Assembly: GCA_040754875.1 (NCBI GenBank)
Contig: JBFMBT010000001.1
Location: 3,937 to 67,936, forward strand
Source of the DNA: Verrucomicrobiota bacterium
GTDB taxonomy: Bacteria > Verrucomicrobiota > Verrucomicrobiia > Limisphaerales > JBFMBT01
DNA length: 64,000 bases
Direction of reading: 5' to 3'
Below, one piece after another: positions 26,301 to 34,164 of this stretch. Positions within the stretch are counted from its first letter, which is position 1. Each line of letters opens with the position of its first letter. The notes beneath the pieces were generated by a model, which worked only from the letters and a program-made list of their open reading frames with translations, did no database searches and was not told where the DNA came from. A program made the position numbers and the translations under genes.

Positions 26301-27153
26301 GGCGGCGATGGCCGCGCATCCGTCCGATCCCTTCGAGGCGGCTGACCTTTTGGCGCGCGTCGGCGAGGCGTTCAAGGAAATCGACACAATGGCGCGCAAT
26401 GACCGCGACATCTTCGCCGAAGCCGAGAGCAGCGTGCGCGCCGCGCAAGGCCAGCTTTCCGCCGCGCAGTCACTGGCTGCACAAGCGGCATCGGATAATG
26501 TCCTGGACAGCGCGGCCATCCTCACCGCGCGTCGCGAACTTCAAGCGCTTGAGCCTCGACTGATTGTCGCGCAACAAACCCTCAAGCAATCCCACGCCAA
26601 CTGGGAAGACCTCGACCAGGAAGCGGACGCCATCACGGCCGATGCCGGGCGGCACGCGGCGACCTTGCGCGGCGAAATGCAGGCCGCCGAGTCGGCCATG
26701 CGCGTCATCAGCGATGCGGCACAGTTCGTGCGCTCCGCCAGTGTCTGGCGCGGCGGCTACAGTGTGAAGATTGTCGGCAGCCCCGGCGGCAACCGGCTGC
26801 AAGATGCGCGGCACGCGCTGTCCGTGGCGGATTACCATCAAGCGCTCGCGCTGGCGGAAGCCGCGCGGCGCGAGGCGGCATCGGCCATCGCCTCGGCGGA
26901 AGCGGAAGTGCGCCGCCAGAAGCGCCTGGAAGAAGAGCGCGAAGAGGCCGAGCGCCGCGCAAGACGCGCCGCCGAATCCCGTCGCCGATCGAGTTGGGAC
27001 AGCGACAGTTCCTCAAGCCGGGGCGGCGGTTCTTCGAGCAATTGGGGTGGAGGCGGTGGCTCCAGTTCGTCGTCCAGTTGGGGCAGCAGCGGCAGCGGTT
27101 TCGGCTCATCCAGCTCTTCCAGCGGCTCGGGCTTTGGCCGTTCGGGGTGGTAG
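23329..27153 (+). CDS. giant bitopic membrane protein: signal peptide + TPM domain + coiled coil + TM + ~850-aa helical region + Gly/Ser-rich tail
   Basis: MARLRSAAIAWCLLSCAPVWAQ is a signal peptide. LDELERWLDSNAKNWTVVLVES...NGAVFVLFLKDRQFSYFGSDVY...AMRGGGRIVDAVKDTI fits the TPM (TLP18.3/Psb32/MOLO-1) pattern. TM is GIGAGFGVLILIGAVGWGF followed by NRRR. The tail is SSSRGGGSSSNWGGGGGSSSSSSWGSSGSGFGSSSSSSGSGFGRSGW. The start could be TTG 23254 or ATG 23287. Confidence 0.7.
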   Translation: MARLRSAAIAWCLLSCAPVWAQTDPSPDHATVSQAVDVVKVWQAHQRLYVAGNIGVSSARLDELERWLDSNAKNWTVVLVESARGEFYRDSEGSSFYLVDAVEHALGKGLSNETPFGLLTDPRTQEKNGAVFVLFLKDRQFSYFGSDVYDNRGLGEKHFKNMLDRPAIAAMRGGGRIVDAVKDTIIDIDKRLAQRIQNEIESREKAARETRTTLASAGEALRLLERKSADLKESKPHLYGDLAEPGVPQFRGELASAEAIAASDPVKALGTAKRVRERCEQLIKGIEQYPGDVVRFDSLGQRLERQSKAKYAGAASREIQSARAALQAAQEEYKKGNYAYAPQLQAAETAVIAVERAVASAVRGAQLARNAGIGAGFGVLILIGAVGWGFNRRRLPVKLEALKLLKTWEEALALKNGALVELLDRRLTVVGSSREEIKSQFTGETLQLAEQVVKDVDALFIMTACADRVLHEARKLCEPSGSSSQLTNLFGARNFRAAIHRLSEEPITFKPEEALEFAIKGTRQTHSGLAGERAAQAGFSMSFIHLMREFEQRAKRSVAALDEIESSLVNVETTINASRKVIAGIAEQEASLSQTAQTPCFGVPALFADVLPAIGEELDKASEVGVRDPVAAVRNLVPEAQRKTEEAKALADLAITARQQILPKLVETTQLLRATGLSAAWPEQEFALMSRQTDDLLPTLLQRTVNVEIQALRQRLERLSERIHETLELEKTRRELALPAIQRAVSGIESIRADIASRLSLRAQDALREPGAEPSELMQRAAAEAESARLALDRGDTGAARNALDMANQLTGEANAMVDATRKAFEEHELLAKKLRTETARIEALLPEHARILRVIQENYAASVLPLGSGDPAHPNANGTIADNLQEAKSSLDRANALTDEAVGEFRAAQILKAADQLRRVQGLHEFALFRLQEIADKEKRLGDAVTANGRSLAELDNDARQLSTTVDDARTMNATVSAFAQAKAQLEAARAAMAAHPSDPFEAADLLARVGEAFKEIDTMARNDRDIFAEAESSVRAAQGQLSAAQSLAAQAASDNVLDSAAILTARRELQALEPRLIVAQQTLKQSHANWEDLDQEADAITADAGRHAATLRGEMQAAESAMRVISDAAQFVRSASVWRGGYSVKIVGSPGGNRLQDARHALSVADYHQALALAEAARREAASAIASAEAEVRRQKRLEEEREEAERRARRAAESRRRSSWDSDSSSSRGGGSSSNWGGGGGSSSSSSWGSSGSGFGSSSSSSGSGFGRSGW

Positions 27154-27369
27154 CGGCCCATGCGCTCACCTATTGTGATAACCAAGGCGGTCATGGCATG
27201 CTTGAAAAGTTAAAAAAGATGGCAGCTTTGTTATAGCGGCCAGGAAAAGCCTTCGTGTTAGGATGCGTCACTCTACCCATGAAGGCAGACGCTCCAACGG
27301 TCCCTCCCGCCAACGACGCTGATTAGTCCCCACGCGCGCGATCCGCCGCCTCAAACGCCTTGTCCCGCC

Positions 27370-27969
27370 ATGAACCGTGTTCCACAAAGGATGCCAGCGA
27401 AGCTTTCCGGTTCCCTCCGGTGCGTCGCGCTGATCCGCGCATCGTTGGTGGCGCTCGCGGCGTTGCCCTTGCACGCCGGCCAGACGAACGACACTCGCTC
27501 CGCGGAGGCGTACCGCGTGATCGCGGACCGCAACTTGTTTGGATTGAAGGCGGCGGCGCACACCAATCCAGCGGCGGCCGCGGCGCCGGCCGCCAGTGAG
27601 CCGGGTTACAAGCTGGCCGGCATTACGGTGGTGCCGCCGAAGAAGATCGCGTTTGTGGTGAAACAGGAGCGCGGGGCGGCAGACCAGCACTTCGCGCTGA
27701 GTGAAGGGCAGAAGGACGGAAACCTGGAGGCGCTGTGGATTGATTATCCGGGCGGCACGGTTTTGCTGCGCGAAGGGCGGCAGAACATCGTGCTTTCGTT
27801 CGACGCTCAGGCGCGGGAGCGCATCACCGCGGAACTGGCGGAGCAGCAATTCAACGAGGAACACCAGCGCGCGCATGAGTTGAACGAAAGGCTCGAACAA
27901 GAACGGGTGGAACGCGAACTGGCGGAGACGGCGCAAGCGAAAGGGGAAGCCAAACCATTGAATCATTGA
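27370..27969 (+). CDS. PilP/GspC-like domain protein with charged coiled-coil C-terminus
   Basis: N-terminal anchor, then YRVIADRNLFGL and YKLAGITVVPPKKIAFVVKQ...EGQKDGNLEALWIDYPGGTVLLREGRQNIVLSF (the pattern of PilP/GspC HR domains). Tail rich in E/R/Q. Confidence 0.5.
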   Translation: MNRVPQRMPAKLSGSLRCVALIRASLVALAALPLHAGQTNDTRSAEAYRVIADRNLFGLKAAAHTNPAAAAAPAASEPGYKLAGITVVPPKKIAFVVKQERGAADQHFALSEGQKDGNLEALWIDYPGGTVLLREGRQNIVLSFDAQARERITAELAEQQFNEEHQRAHELNERLEQERVERELAETAQAKGEAKPLNH

Positions 27970-27970
27970 G

Positions 27971-28675
27971 ATGAGACAAAGACCAAAGTTCCACACAATC
28001 CTGCTGGGGGCGCTGGCGGCGCTGACGCCGGAAGCAGGCGCTCAAGTGCGCTCGCTGACACTCGGCATCCAGGTGAACAGCCCGTATGGCATCTCCGAAC
28101 CATGGGTGGGGCTGCGCGAAGAGCTGGTGAAGTTCCCCGGAATCGAGTGGGTCAGCGAACGGCCCGCGACGCAGGCCGAAACATGCGAGGTGCGCCCGCG
28201 TGGCGGGCGGTTGCTGGACGCATCGCAACTCGACGAATTCATCCGCAACACAGGCGCGGGCGCCAGCTTGCGCGGGATGGAAGCGACGGTGGACGGCACG
28301 CTGAAGAAACGCGATGGCAAGGCGGTGATCCGGCTTGCGGGCACGGAAGAGGTGCTGGCGCTGGCGGCGCTGACGCAGAAGGTTCAATACGATTTTGGAA
28401 ACAAGAAACCGCACGCGCCGACGCAGGAAGAACGCGCAGCATACGACACCCTGCTCGCCCGTTGGGGCGGTGAACCGCGCGCAGTGCGCATCACGGGGCC
28501 GTTGACAAAGGCGGCTGACCAGACGCTCACGCTGCAAGTCCGGCAGTTTGAGTCGCGGGCCGAACAAAACGATTTCAAGAGGAAAAACACTCCCGGCGCG
28601 ACTGCGCCTCGCTCGGGAAGCCACGCGCAGGGTGGCGGGGAAAGCAAGGGCGCTCCTACCCAAAGCAAACAATGA
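27971..28675 (+). CDS. secreted hypothetical protein, paralog A (ferredoxin-like/HMA-like N-terminal domain, no Cys pair)
   Basis: Signal peptide ILLGALAALTPEAGAQ. QVRSLTLGIQVNSPYGISEPWVGLREELVKFPGIEWVS...ASLRGMEATVDGTL aligns along its length with the 30461-31090 product. Starts 2 nt after the previous stop, with an ATGA overlap to the next gene. Confidence 0.6.
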   Translation: MRQRPKFHTILLGALAALTPEAGAQVRSLTLGIQVNSPYGISEPWVGLREELVKFPGIEWVSERPATQAETCEVRPRGGRLLDASQLDEFIRNTGAGASLRGMEATVDGTLKKRDGKAVIRLAGTEEVLALAALTQKVQYDFGNKKPHAPTQEERAAYDTLLARWGGEPRAVRITGPLTKAADQTLTLQVRQFESRAEQNDFKRKNTPGATAPRSGSHAQGGGESKGAPTQSKQ

Positions 28676-30405
28676 AAGCAAACCACCTGCACAACTACGC
28701 GGCATCGTTCGCGCGATGCCTTGCCGTTCCAAAGATCGCTTGCGCGGTCTTGCTGGGCGCGTTTTCCGCGCTCCTGACCTCCACGCCTGTCATGGCGCAA
28801 CCCTCGTCGGTCGGCCAGTGGGACACGGTGAAAACCCTGCCGTGGCGACCGGTGCATTCCGTCCTGATGAAAACCGGAACGATCATGTTCTACCCGGCCA
28901 GCGACGATCCGCGCGAATGGAATCCCTCGGGCGAGACGCTGACCACGTTGACGAAGTTCTCCTACAATCCGTTTTGCAACGGCCACGCGCAGATGCCCGA
29001 CGGCAAAATCCTCTTCACCGGCGGCCACAACCAGACCAACAACTGGGGTTTGTGGAACATTTCGTTGTTCAATCCGGACAACAAGACCTGGAAACATCTG
29101 CCGGACATGACCGACGGCCGCTGGTACCCCTCACAGATCATGATGGCCAACGGCGACATTCTCACGGTCTCAGGGACCAAGAGCACAGGTAACAACAACT
29201 CCACACCAGACGTGCTCCAGATCTCCAACGGCCAGGTGCGGCGGTTGACCAATGCGGTGCTTTCCATGTCGTTGTATCCGGCCATGTTTCTTGCGCCGAA
29301 CGGGCAGGCGTTCATTGCCACCGCCACATCGCGTTACTTGAACACGTCGGGCGGCGGCACATTGACCACGGTGGCCAACCGCATCGTGTCGGGCCGCGAC
29401 AATTACGGCTCGGCCTGCATGTATGAGCCGGGCAAGGTCATTTACACGGGCGGCGGTGACGCTCCCGTGGCAACCACCGAATCCATTGACCTCAACGCCG
29501 GCACTCCCGCTTGGAGCGCCAAGGCGTCGATGCCGCAGGCGCGCCGGCAGCATAACGCCACCATCCTGCCCGATGGCCGCGTGCTGGTGACCGGCGGCAG
29601 CAGTTCATCCGGGTTCAACACGGCCGACGGCTCGAAGCCGGCCATCGTGTGGAATCCAGCCAATAACACCTGGACCACGTGGGCCACGGAAGCCAATTAT
29701 CGCGGCTATCATTCCGAAGCGGTGTTGTTGCCGGATGCGCGCGTGATCAGCGTGGGTGGTGACGGTCAGGCGAATTACCAGATCTTCTCGCCGCCTTATT
29801 TGTTCGCGGGCACGCGGCCTTCCATCACCTCGGCGCCAACCAACATCACCCACGGCTCGGCGTTCACCGTCGGTTTCTCCAGCGGCCCCATCGGCAAGGT
29901 GACGATGTTGCGCCCGGCCTCGGTGACGCATACGAAGAACATGAACCAACGTTACAATTCGCTGTCGTTCACGGTGTCCGGCAGCAACCTGACCGTGACC
30001 GCGCCGGCGAATGCCAATGTCTGTCCGCCGGGCTTCTACATGCTCTTCATCGTAAAGACGACGGGTGAACCTTCCGTCTCCCGGTGGATTCACATCGGCA
30101 GCACGTCGGGTTTGAATCCGAGCACGCCGGCCATACCGACGGGCCTGACCGCGACGGCACTCAGTTCGACCAGCGTACGGCTGAACTGGACGGACGCCTC
30201 GAGCAATGAGTCCGGCTTCAAGATCGAGCGCCGGCTCAATGCTTCGGCGAAGCCGTGGTCGCGCATCGCCACGGTGGGCGCCGGTGTCACGACTTACACG
30301 AACACCGGTCTGACAGCCGCGACGAGCTACCGTTATCGCATTCGCTCGTATAACAGCGCGGGCCATTCGCCCTACACGGCGGAAGTGACGGTGACCACTC
30401 CGTAA
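28672..30405 (+). CDS. galactose oxidase / glyoxal oxidase-like copper radical oxidase with DUF1929-like and FN3 C-terminal domains
   Basis: Kelch-like blades with candidate active-site residues: NPFCNGH (Cys for the Tyr-Cys crosslink), DGRWYPS (Tyr), NYRGYHSEA (Tyr-His), ASVTHTKN (His). C-terminal LTATALSSTSVRLNWTDASSNESGFKIERR is FN3. N-terminal signal/anchor present. Confidence 0.8.
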   Translation: MKANHLHNYAASFARCLAVPKIACAVLLGAFSALLTSTPVMAQPSSVGQWDTVKTLPWRPVHSVLMKTGTIMFYPASDDPREWNPSGETLTTLTKFSYNPFCNGHAQMPDGKILFTGGHNQTNNWGLWNISLFNPDNKTWKHLPDMTDGRWYPSQIMMANGDILTVSGTKSTGNNNSTPDVLQISNGQVRRLTNAVLSMSLYPAMFLAPNGQAFIATATSRYLNTSGGGTLTTVANRIVSGRDNYGSACMYEPGKVIYTGGGDAPVATTESIDLNAGTPAWSAKASMPQARRQHNATILPDGRVLVTGGSSSSGFNTADGSKPAIVWNPANNTWTTWATEANYRGYHSEAVLLPDARVISVGGDGQANYQIFSPPYLFAGTRPSITSAPTNITHGSAFTVGFSSGPIGKVTMLRPASVTHTKNMNQRYNSLSFTVSGSNLTVTAPANANVCPPGFYMLFIVKTTGEPSVSRWIHIGSTSGLNPSTPAIPTGLTATALSSTSVRLNWTDASSNESGFKIERRLNASAKPWSRIATVGAGVTTYTNTGLTAATSYRYRIRSYNSAGHSPYTAEVTVTTP

Positions 30406-30419
30406 CCAGCGTTGATAGT

Positions 30420-30460
30420 GGGGCGGGTCGCAAGGCCCGCCCCGGTTTCCTGATTTGCTT
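30420..30460 (+). terminator. GC-rich stem-loop + T-rich tail between the oxidase and paralog B
   Basis: GGGGCGGG (30420-30427), 8-nt loop, CCCGCCCC (30436-30443), then GGTTTCCTGATTTGCTT. Confidence 0.5.
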
Positions 30461-31090
30461 ATGAAACCTTGTTTACGATTGCCGCGATCGGTGTTCGCGT
30501 GCGTCGCGTTGCTCGCGCTGGCTGGTTCCACGCTGCGCCTTGAGGCTGAGGTCCGCTCTTACGCGCTGGGCGTGGGCGTGAATTGTCCTTACGGCCTGCC
30601 TGAGTGTTATTACGCGTGGCGGGAGCAGATGTTGCGCCTGGAGGGCGTGGCCTGGGTTAGTGAGGAAGCCGACTTTGCGACGGAGACGCTGGCGCTTCGT
30701 TCGCGTGAAGGCCGGCTGCTGGACCCGCAAGTCGTGGCGAAATACATTTCCGAGCTCGGCGTGGGCGCGCGGTTACGCGGCATGGAAGCGACCGTGGTGG
30801 GAACCGTCGAGAAGCGTGATGACAAATTCCTGCTCCGCGTGTCGGGCAGCGGCGAAGTGTTGCCGCTGGGTTCGTGCGAAACGAAGGTGCAATATCGTTT
30901 CGAGACGAAGAAGCCGCATCCCCGGACGACCCAGGAGCGGCGCGCCTTTCGGGCGTTGCAAAAGGAAATGAGTTCGCCGCAGCGCGCCGCCGTGATCACG
31001 GGCCCGCTGGTCCGTGATAAAAAGGGCGTCCTGACACTGCAAGTGCGCACATACGAATTGCCGGAAGCGAAGCAGGCGCGCGCGCAATGA
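30461..31090 (+). CDS. secreted hypothetical protein, paralog B (HMA-like domain with CPYGLPEC Cys pair)
   Basis: Signal peptide MKPCLRLPRSVFACVALLALAGS. EVRSYALGVGVNCPYGLPECYYAWREQMLRLEGVAWVS...ARLRGMEATVVGTV is paralogous to 27971-28675. Confidence 0.6.
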   Translation: MKPCLRLPRSVFACVALLALAGSTLRLEAEVRSYALGVGVNCPYGLPECYYAWREQMLRLEGVAWVSEEADFATETLALRSREGRLLDPQVVAKYISELGVGARLRGMEATVVGTVEKRDDKFLLRVSGSGEVLPLGSCETKVQYRFETKKPHPRTTQERRAFRALQKEMSSPQRAAVITGPLVRDKKGVLTLQVRTYELPEAKQARAQ

Positions 31091-31096
31091 CGCGGG

Positions 31097-32557
31097 TTAT
31101 TGCTTTTGCTTCGCCTTCTTTTTGCCGCCGGCGGCCGCGTTCGGGTCGGTGTTCACCTTTGTCGCGCCTTTGCGCGCGGCAAGCTCCACGGGTTCGAGCA
31201 CGCGCCCTTTGTCGTCGCTCTCCGTGAGCCACTTCTCCAGCGCCGCGCGCATCCGCTTGAGCACATCCTGGTGCGCCGGCGATTTCGCCAGGTTGTTGAT
31301 CTCGTAAGGGTCCATGTCGAGGTCATACAGTTCCTCCTCGGGCATGGTGGGCGCGGTGAGGAATTTCTGGACGGGCGTGAGCTTGCCCTGCGCATCAAGT
31401 TCCTTCAGGAGGTTCCAGACCGGATAACTGCGTTCCTTGTAGGCGTTCGGCTGGAGGAACGGCCGCTCCGGCGTGAAGTTGCGGATGTACCGGTAACGCG
31501 CGTCGCGCGCGCTGCGCAGGCGGAACACCGTCTCGTCGCAACGATCGCGCGCGCCAAAGGCGTACTGGCGCGGCGACTCCGCGTGGTCGCCCAGGAAGAT
31601 GCGGCCTTGCATGCCCGCGGGCTTCTTCGCGCCCGCGATGTCCAGCGAAGTCGCGGTGAAGTCAATCGCCTCCAGCAACCGCGTGTCCACCGTGCCGGGC
31701 CGGAATTGCTTCGGTGCAGGAAAATCCTTTGCCCACCGGATGATCAGCGGAATGTGCAGGCCACTTTCGTAAACGAACTGTTTTCCACGCACGTGCGCCT
31801 GCCCGTGGTCGCCAAAGAAAAAGATGATCGTGTTGTCCGCCAGGCCATCGGCCTCCAGTTGCTTCAGCACAATGCCGATCTTGCGGTCCACTTCGGTTGC
31901 TTCATCCAGATACGCCGCCCAGTCCGCGCGCGTCACCGGATGGTCCGGATAATACGGCGGGATGATGACCTTGGCCGGGTCGGCCTTCTTCGGCGCGCTG
32001 AAGGCACGATGCGTCTCGGAAAAATTGACCTGCGCGTAGAATGGCTGGTGCGACTTCAGGTCCGCCCATTGATCCGAATCAAACGGCTTGCCTTCGTAGG
32101 TGAAATTCCAGTCGGTCTTGGCGGTGCCACTGATGCCCGCGCCGGCGGGAAACGCTTTCACGTTCGCGGTGAAATAGCCGGCGTCGCGCATCCAGTCGCT
32201 GATGACCCGCACGCCCGCCGGCAGTTTGTAACCGTCGTCGCGATGCGAGCGATGATTGTGCGCGCCAATCGTCGTTTGGTACATGCCCGTCATGAGACCC
32301 GAGCGGCTGGCCGAACACACCGGCGCCGTCGTGTAAGCGCGCGTGTACCGCACGCCCTCCGCGGCCAGGCGGTCCAGGTTCGGCGACCACACCTGCTGCG
32401 TGCCGTAGCACCCCAGTTCCGGTCCAAAATCCTCGGCGATAAGCCAGAGAATGTTCGGGCGTTTCCTGGCGTCCGCGGCGGGCGACTGCATCGTCGCAAA
32501 GCAAACGACGGACAACACCAGCAGGGCCCGGCAAATGGATGAAGCGATTGTTTTCAT
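31097..32557 (-). CDS. sulfatase (arylsulfatase A family)
   Basis: Signal peptide, PNILWLIAEDFGPELGCYG, and formylglycine motif PVCSASRSGLMTG (C-x-A-x-R variant). Confidence 0.9.
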   Translation of the reverse strand: MKTIASSICRALLVLSVVCFATMQSPAADARKRPNILWLIAEDFGPELGCYGTQQVWSPNLDRLAAEGVRYTRAYTTAPVCSASRSGLMTGMYQTTIGAHNHRSHRDDGYKLPAGVRVISDWMRDAGYFTANVKAFPAGAGISGTAKTDWNFTYEGKPFDSDQWADLKSHQPFYAQVNFSETHRAFSAPKKADPAKVIIPPYYPDHPVTRADWAAYLDEATEVDRKIGIVLKQLEADGLADNTIIFFFGDHGQAHVRGKQFVYESGLHIPLIIRWAKDFPAPKQFRPGTVDTRLLEAIDFTATSLDIAGAKKPAGMQGRIFLGDHAESPRQYAFGARDRCDETVFRLRSARDARYRYIRNFTPERPFLQPNAYKERSYPVWNLLKELDAQGKLTPVQKFLTAPTMPEEELYDLDMDPYEINNLAKSPAHQDVLKRMRAALEKWLTESDDKGRVLEPVELAARKGATKVNTDPNAAAGGKKKAKQKQ

Positions 32558-32664
32558 GGAGTGAATCGATTATTCGCCGCGAACTCGCGCGGTCAAATCC
32601 TTTGTTGCAATTGACCGTCTTCCCATCCCGCCGCCAATCAGTTATGGTTGCCGCCATTCCGATT

Positions 32665-34101
32665 ATGAAACTCTCCCGCGCGCTCTGCCTGCTGACACTC
32701 TTGTTGTTCGCCGCGCCGCTTCAAGCCGCGCCACCACCCAACATCCTGTTCATCATGGCCGACGACCTCGGCTGGGCCGACCTCGCGGGTTACGGCGCGG
32801 ATTTGCACGAGACGCCGCACCTCGACCGCCTCGCGCGCCAGGGCATGCGCTTCACCGATGCTTACGCCGCCGCGCCGGTCTGCTCGCCCACGCGTTCGAG
32901 CATCATGACCGGCAAGTTCCCCGCGCGCCTGCACATCACCATCTGGTATGAAGGCGCGCTCCAACGCCCGCAAAATCGCGCGCTCATCCCGCCGCAACCC
33001 ACGGCCAATCTTCCGCACAGCGAAATCACCATCGCCGAGGCGCTCAAGGCCGCCGGTTACTTCACCGCGCACGTCGGCAAATGGCATCTCGGCGATGCCG
33101 CGTTTTACCCGGAGACGCAGGGCTTCGACGTGAACATCGGCGGCACCTTCTGGGGCGCGCCGAGCACCTTCTTTTATCCATACCGCGGCAAATGGGGTAA
33201 CACCGAGGAAGTGCGTTACGTGCCGCATCTGGAATTTGGCAAGGACGGCGAATTTCTCACCGACCGCCTGACGGACGAGGCCATGAATGTCATCGACCGC
33301 GCCGCGGACCGCCCGTTCTTCCTGAACCTCTGGTATCACAACCCGCACACGCCCATCGAAGCCAAACCCGCGCTCGTCGAACATTATCAAAAGAAACTCA
33401 AGCCTGGCCTGAACCATCAAAACGCCGCCTACGCCGCGATGATTCATTCGCTCGACGAAAACATCGGCCGCCTCATGGCGAAGCTCGAACAAAAGGGCCT
33501 CGCCGATCGCACTGTCGTCATCTTCACCTCGGACAACGGCGGTTTCATCAACGACTACAAAGGCGCGAAGGTCACCAGCAACGCGCCGTTGCGCTCGGGC
33601 AAAGGCTCGCTGTACGAAGGCGGCCTGCGCGTGCCGCTCCTCATTCGCTGGCCGGGCGTCGTGAAGCCCGGCGCGGAATGCCGCGCACCCGTGGTGTCGC
33701 ATGATTTTTATCCCACGCTGCTGGAACTGGCCGGGACCAAAGGCGACGCGCGCCATAATCAGTCCGTGGACGGCCTGAGCCTCGTGCCGTTGTTGAAGAA
33801 CCCGCGGGCCACACTCGCGCGCGACACGCTCTATTTTCATTACCCGCATTATTACCCGACCACGTCGCCCGTCAGCGCCTTGCGCTCGGGCGATTGGAAG
33901 CTCCTCGAATACCACGAAGACCAGCGCCTGGAGCTTTTCAATCTGAAGAACGATTTGGGCGAAGCGACCAATCTCGCGGCGCGACAGCCGGACCAGGCGC
34001 AGGTCCTGCGCGCCAAGCTTCATGCCTGGCGCCAGGCTGTCGGCGCCCAGATGCCGGAACCCAATCCGGACTTCAAATCAAAGCAAGGAAAGAAGAAGTA
34101 A
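32665..34101 (+). CDS. sulfatase
   Basis: MKLSRALCLLTLLLFAAPLQA signal, PNILFIMADDLGWADLAGYG, PVCSPTRSSIMTG. An alternative ATG lies at 32644. Confidence 0.9.
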   Translation: MKLSRALCLLTLLLFAAPLQAAPPPNILFIMADDLGWADLAGYGADLHETPHLDRLARQGMRFTDAYAAAPVCSPTRSSIMTGKFPARLHITIWYEGALQRPQNRALIPPQPTANLPHSEITIAEALKAAGYFTAHVGKWHLGDAAFYPETQGFDVNIGGTFWGAPSTFFYPYRGKWGNTEEVRYVPHLEFGKDGEFLTDRLTDEAMNVIDRAADRPFFLNLWYHNPHTPIEAKPALVEHYQKKLKPGLNHQNAAYAAMIHSLDENIGRLMAKLEQKGLADRTVVIFTSDNGGFINDYKGAKVTSNAPLRSGKGSLYEGGLRVPLLIRWPGVVKPGAECRAPVVSHDFYPTLLELAGTKGDARHNQSVDGLSLVPLLKNPRATLARDTLYFHYPHYYPTTSPVSALRSGDWKLLEYHEDQRLELFNLKNDLGEATNLAARQPDQAQVLRAKLHAWRQAVGAQMPEPNPDFKSKQGKKK

Positions 34102-34164
34102 TGCCCCAAAGCGTCTTCCTTTCGACTCCTTGAGTGTCTTGCGGTTCACTGCTCTAATCAACGC

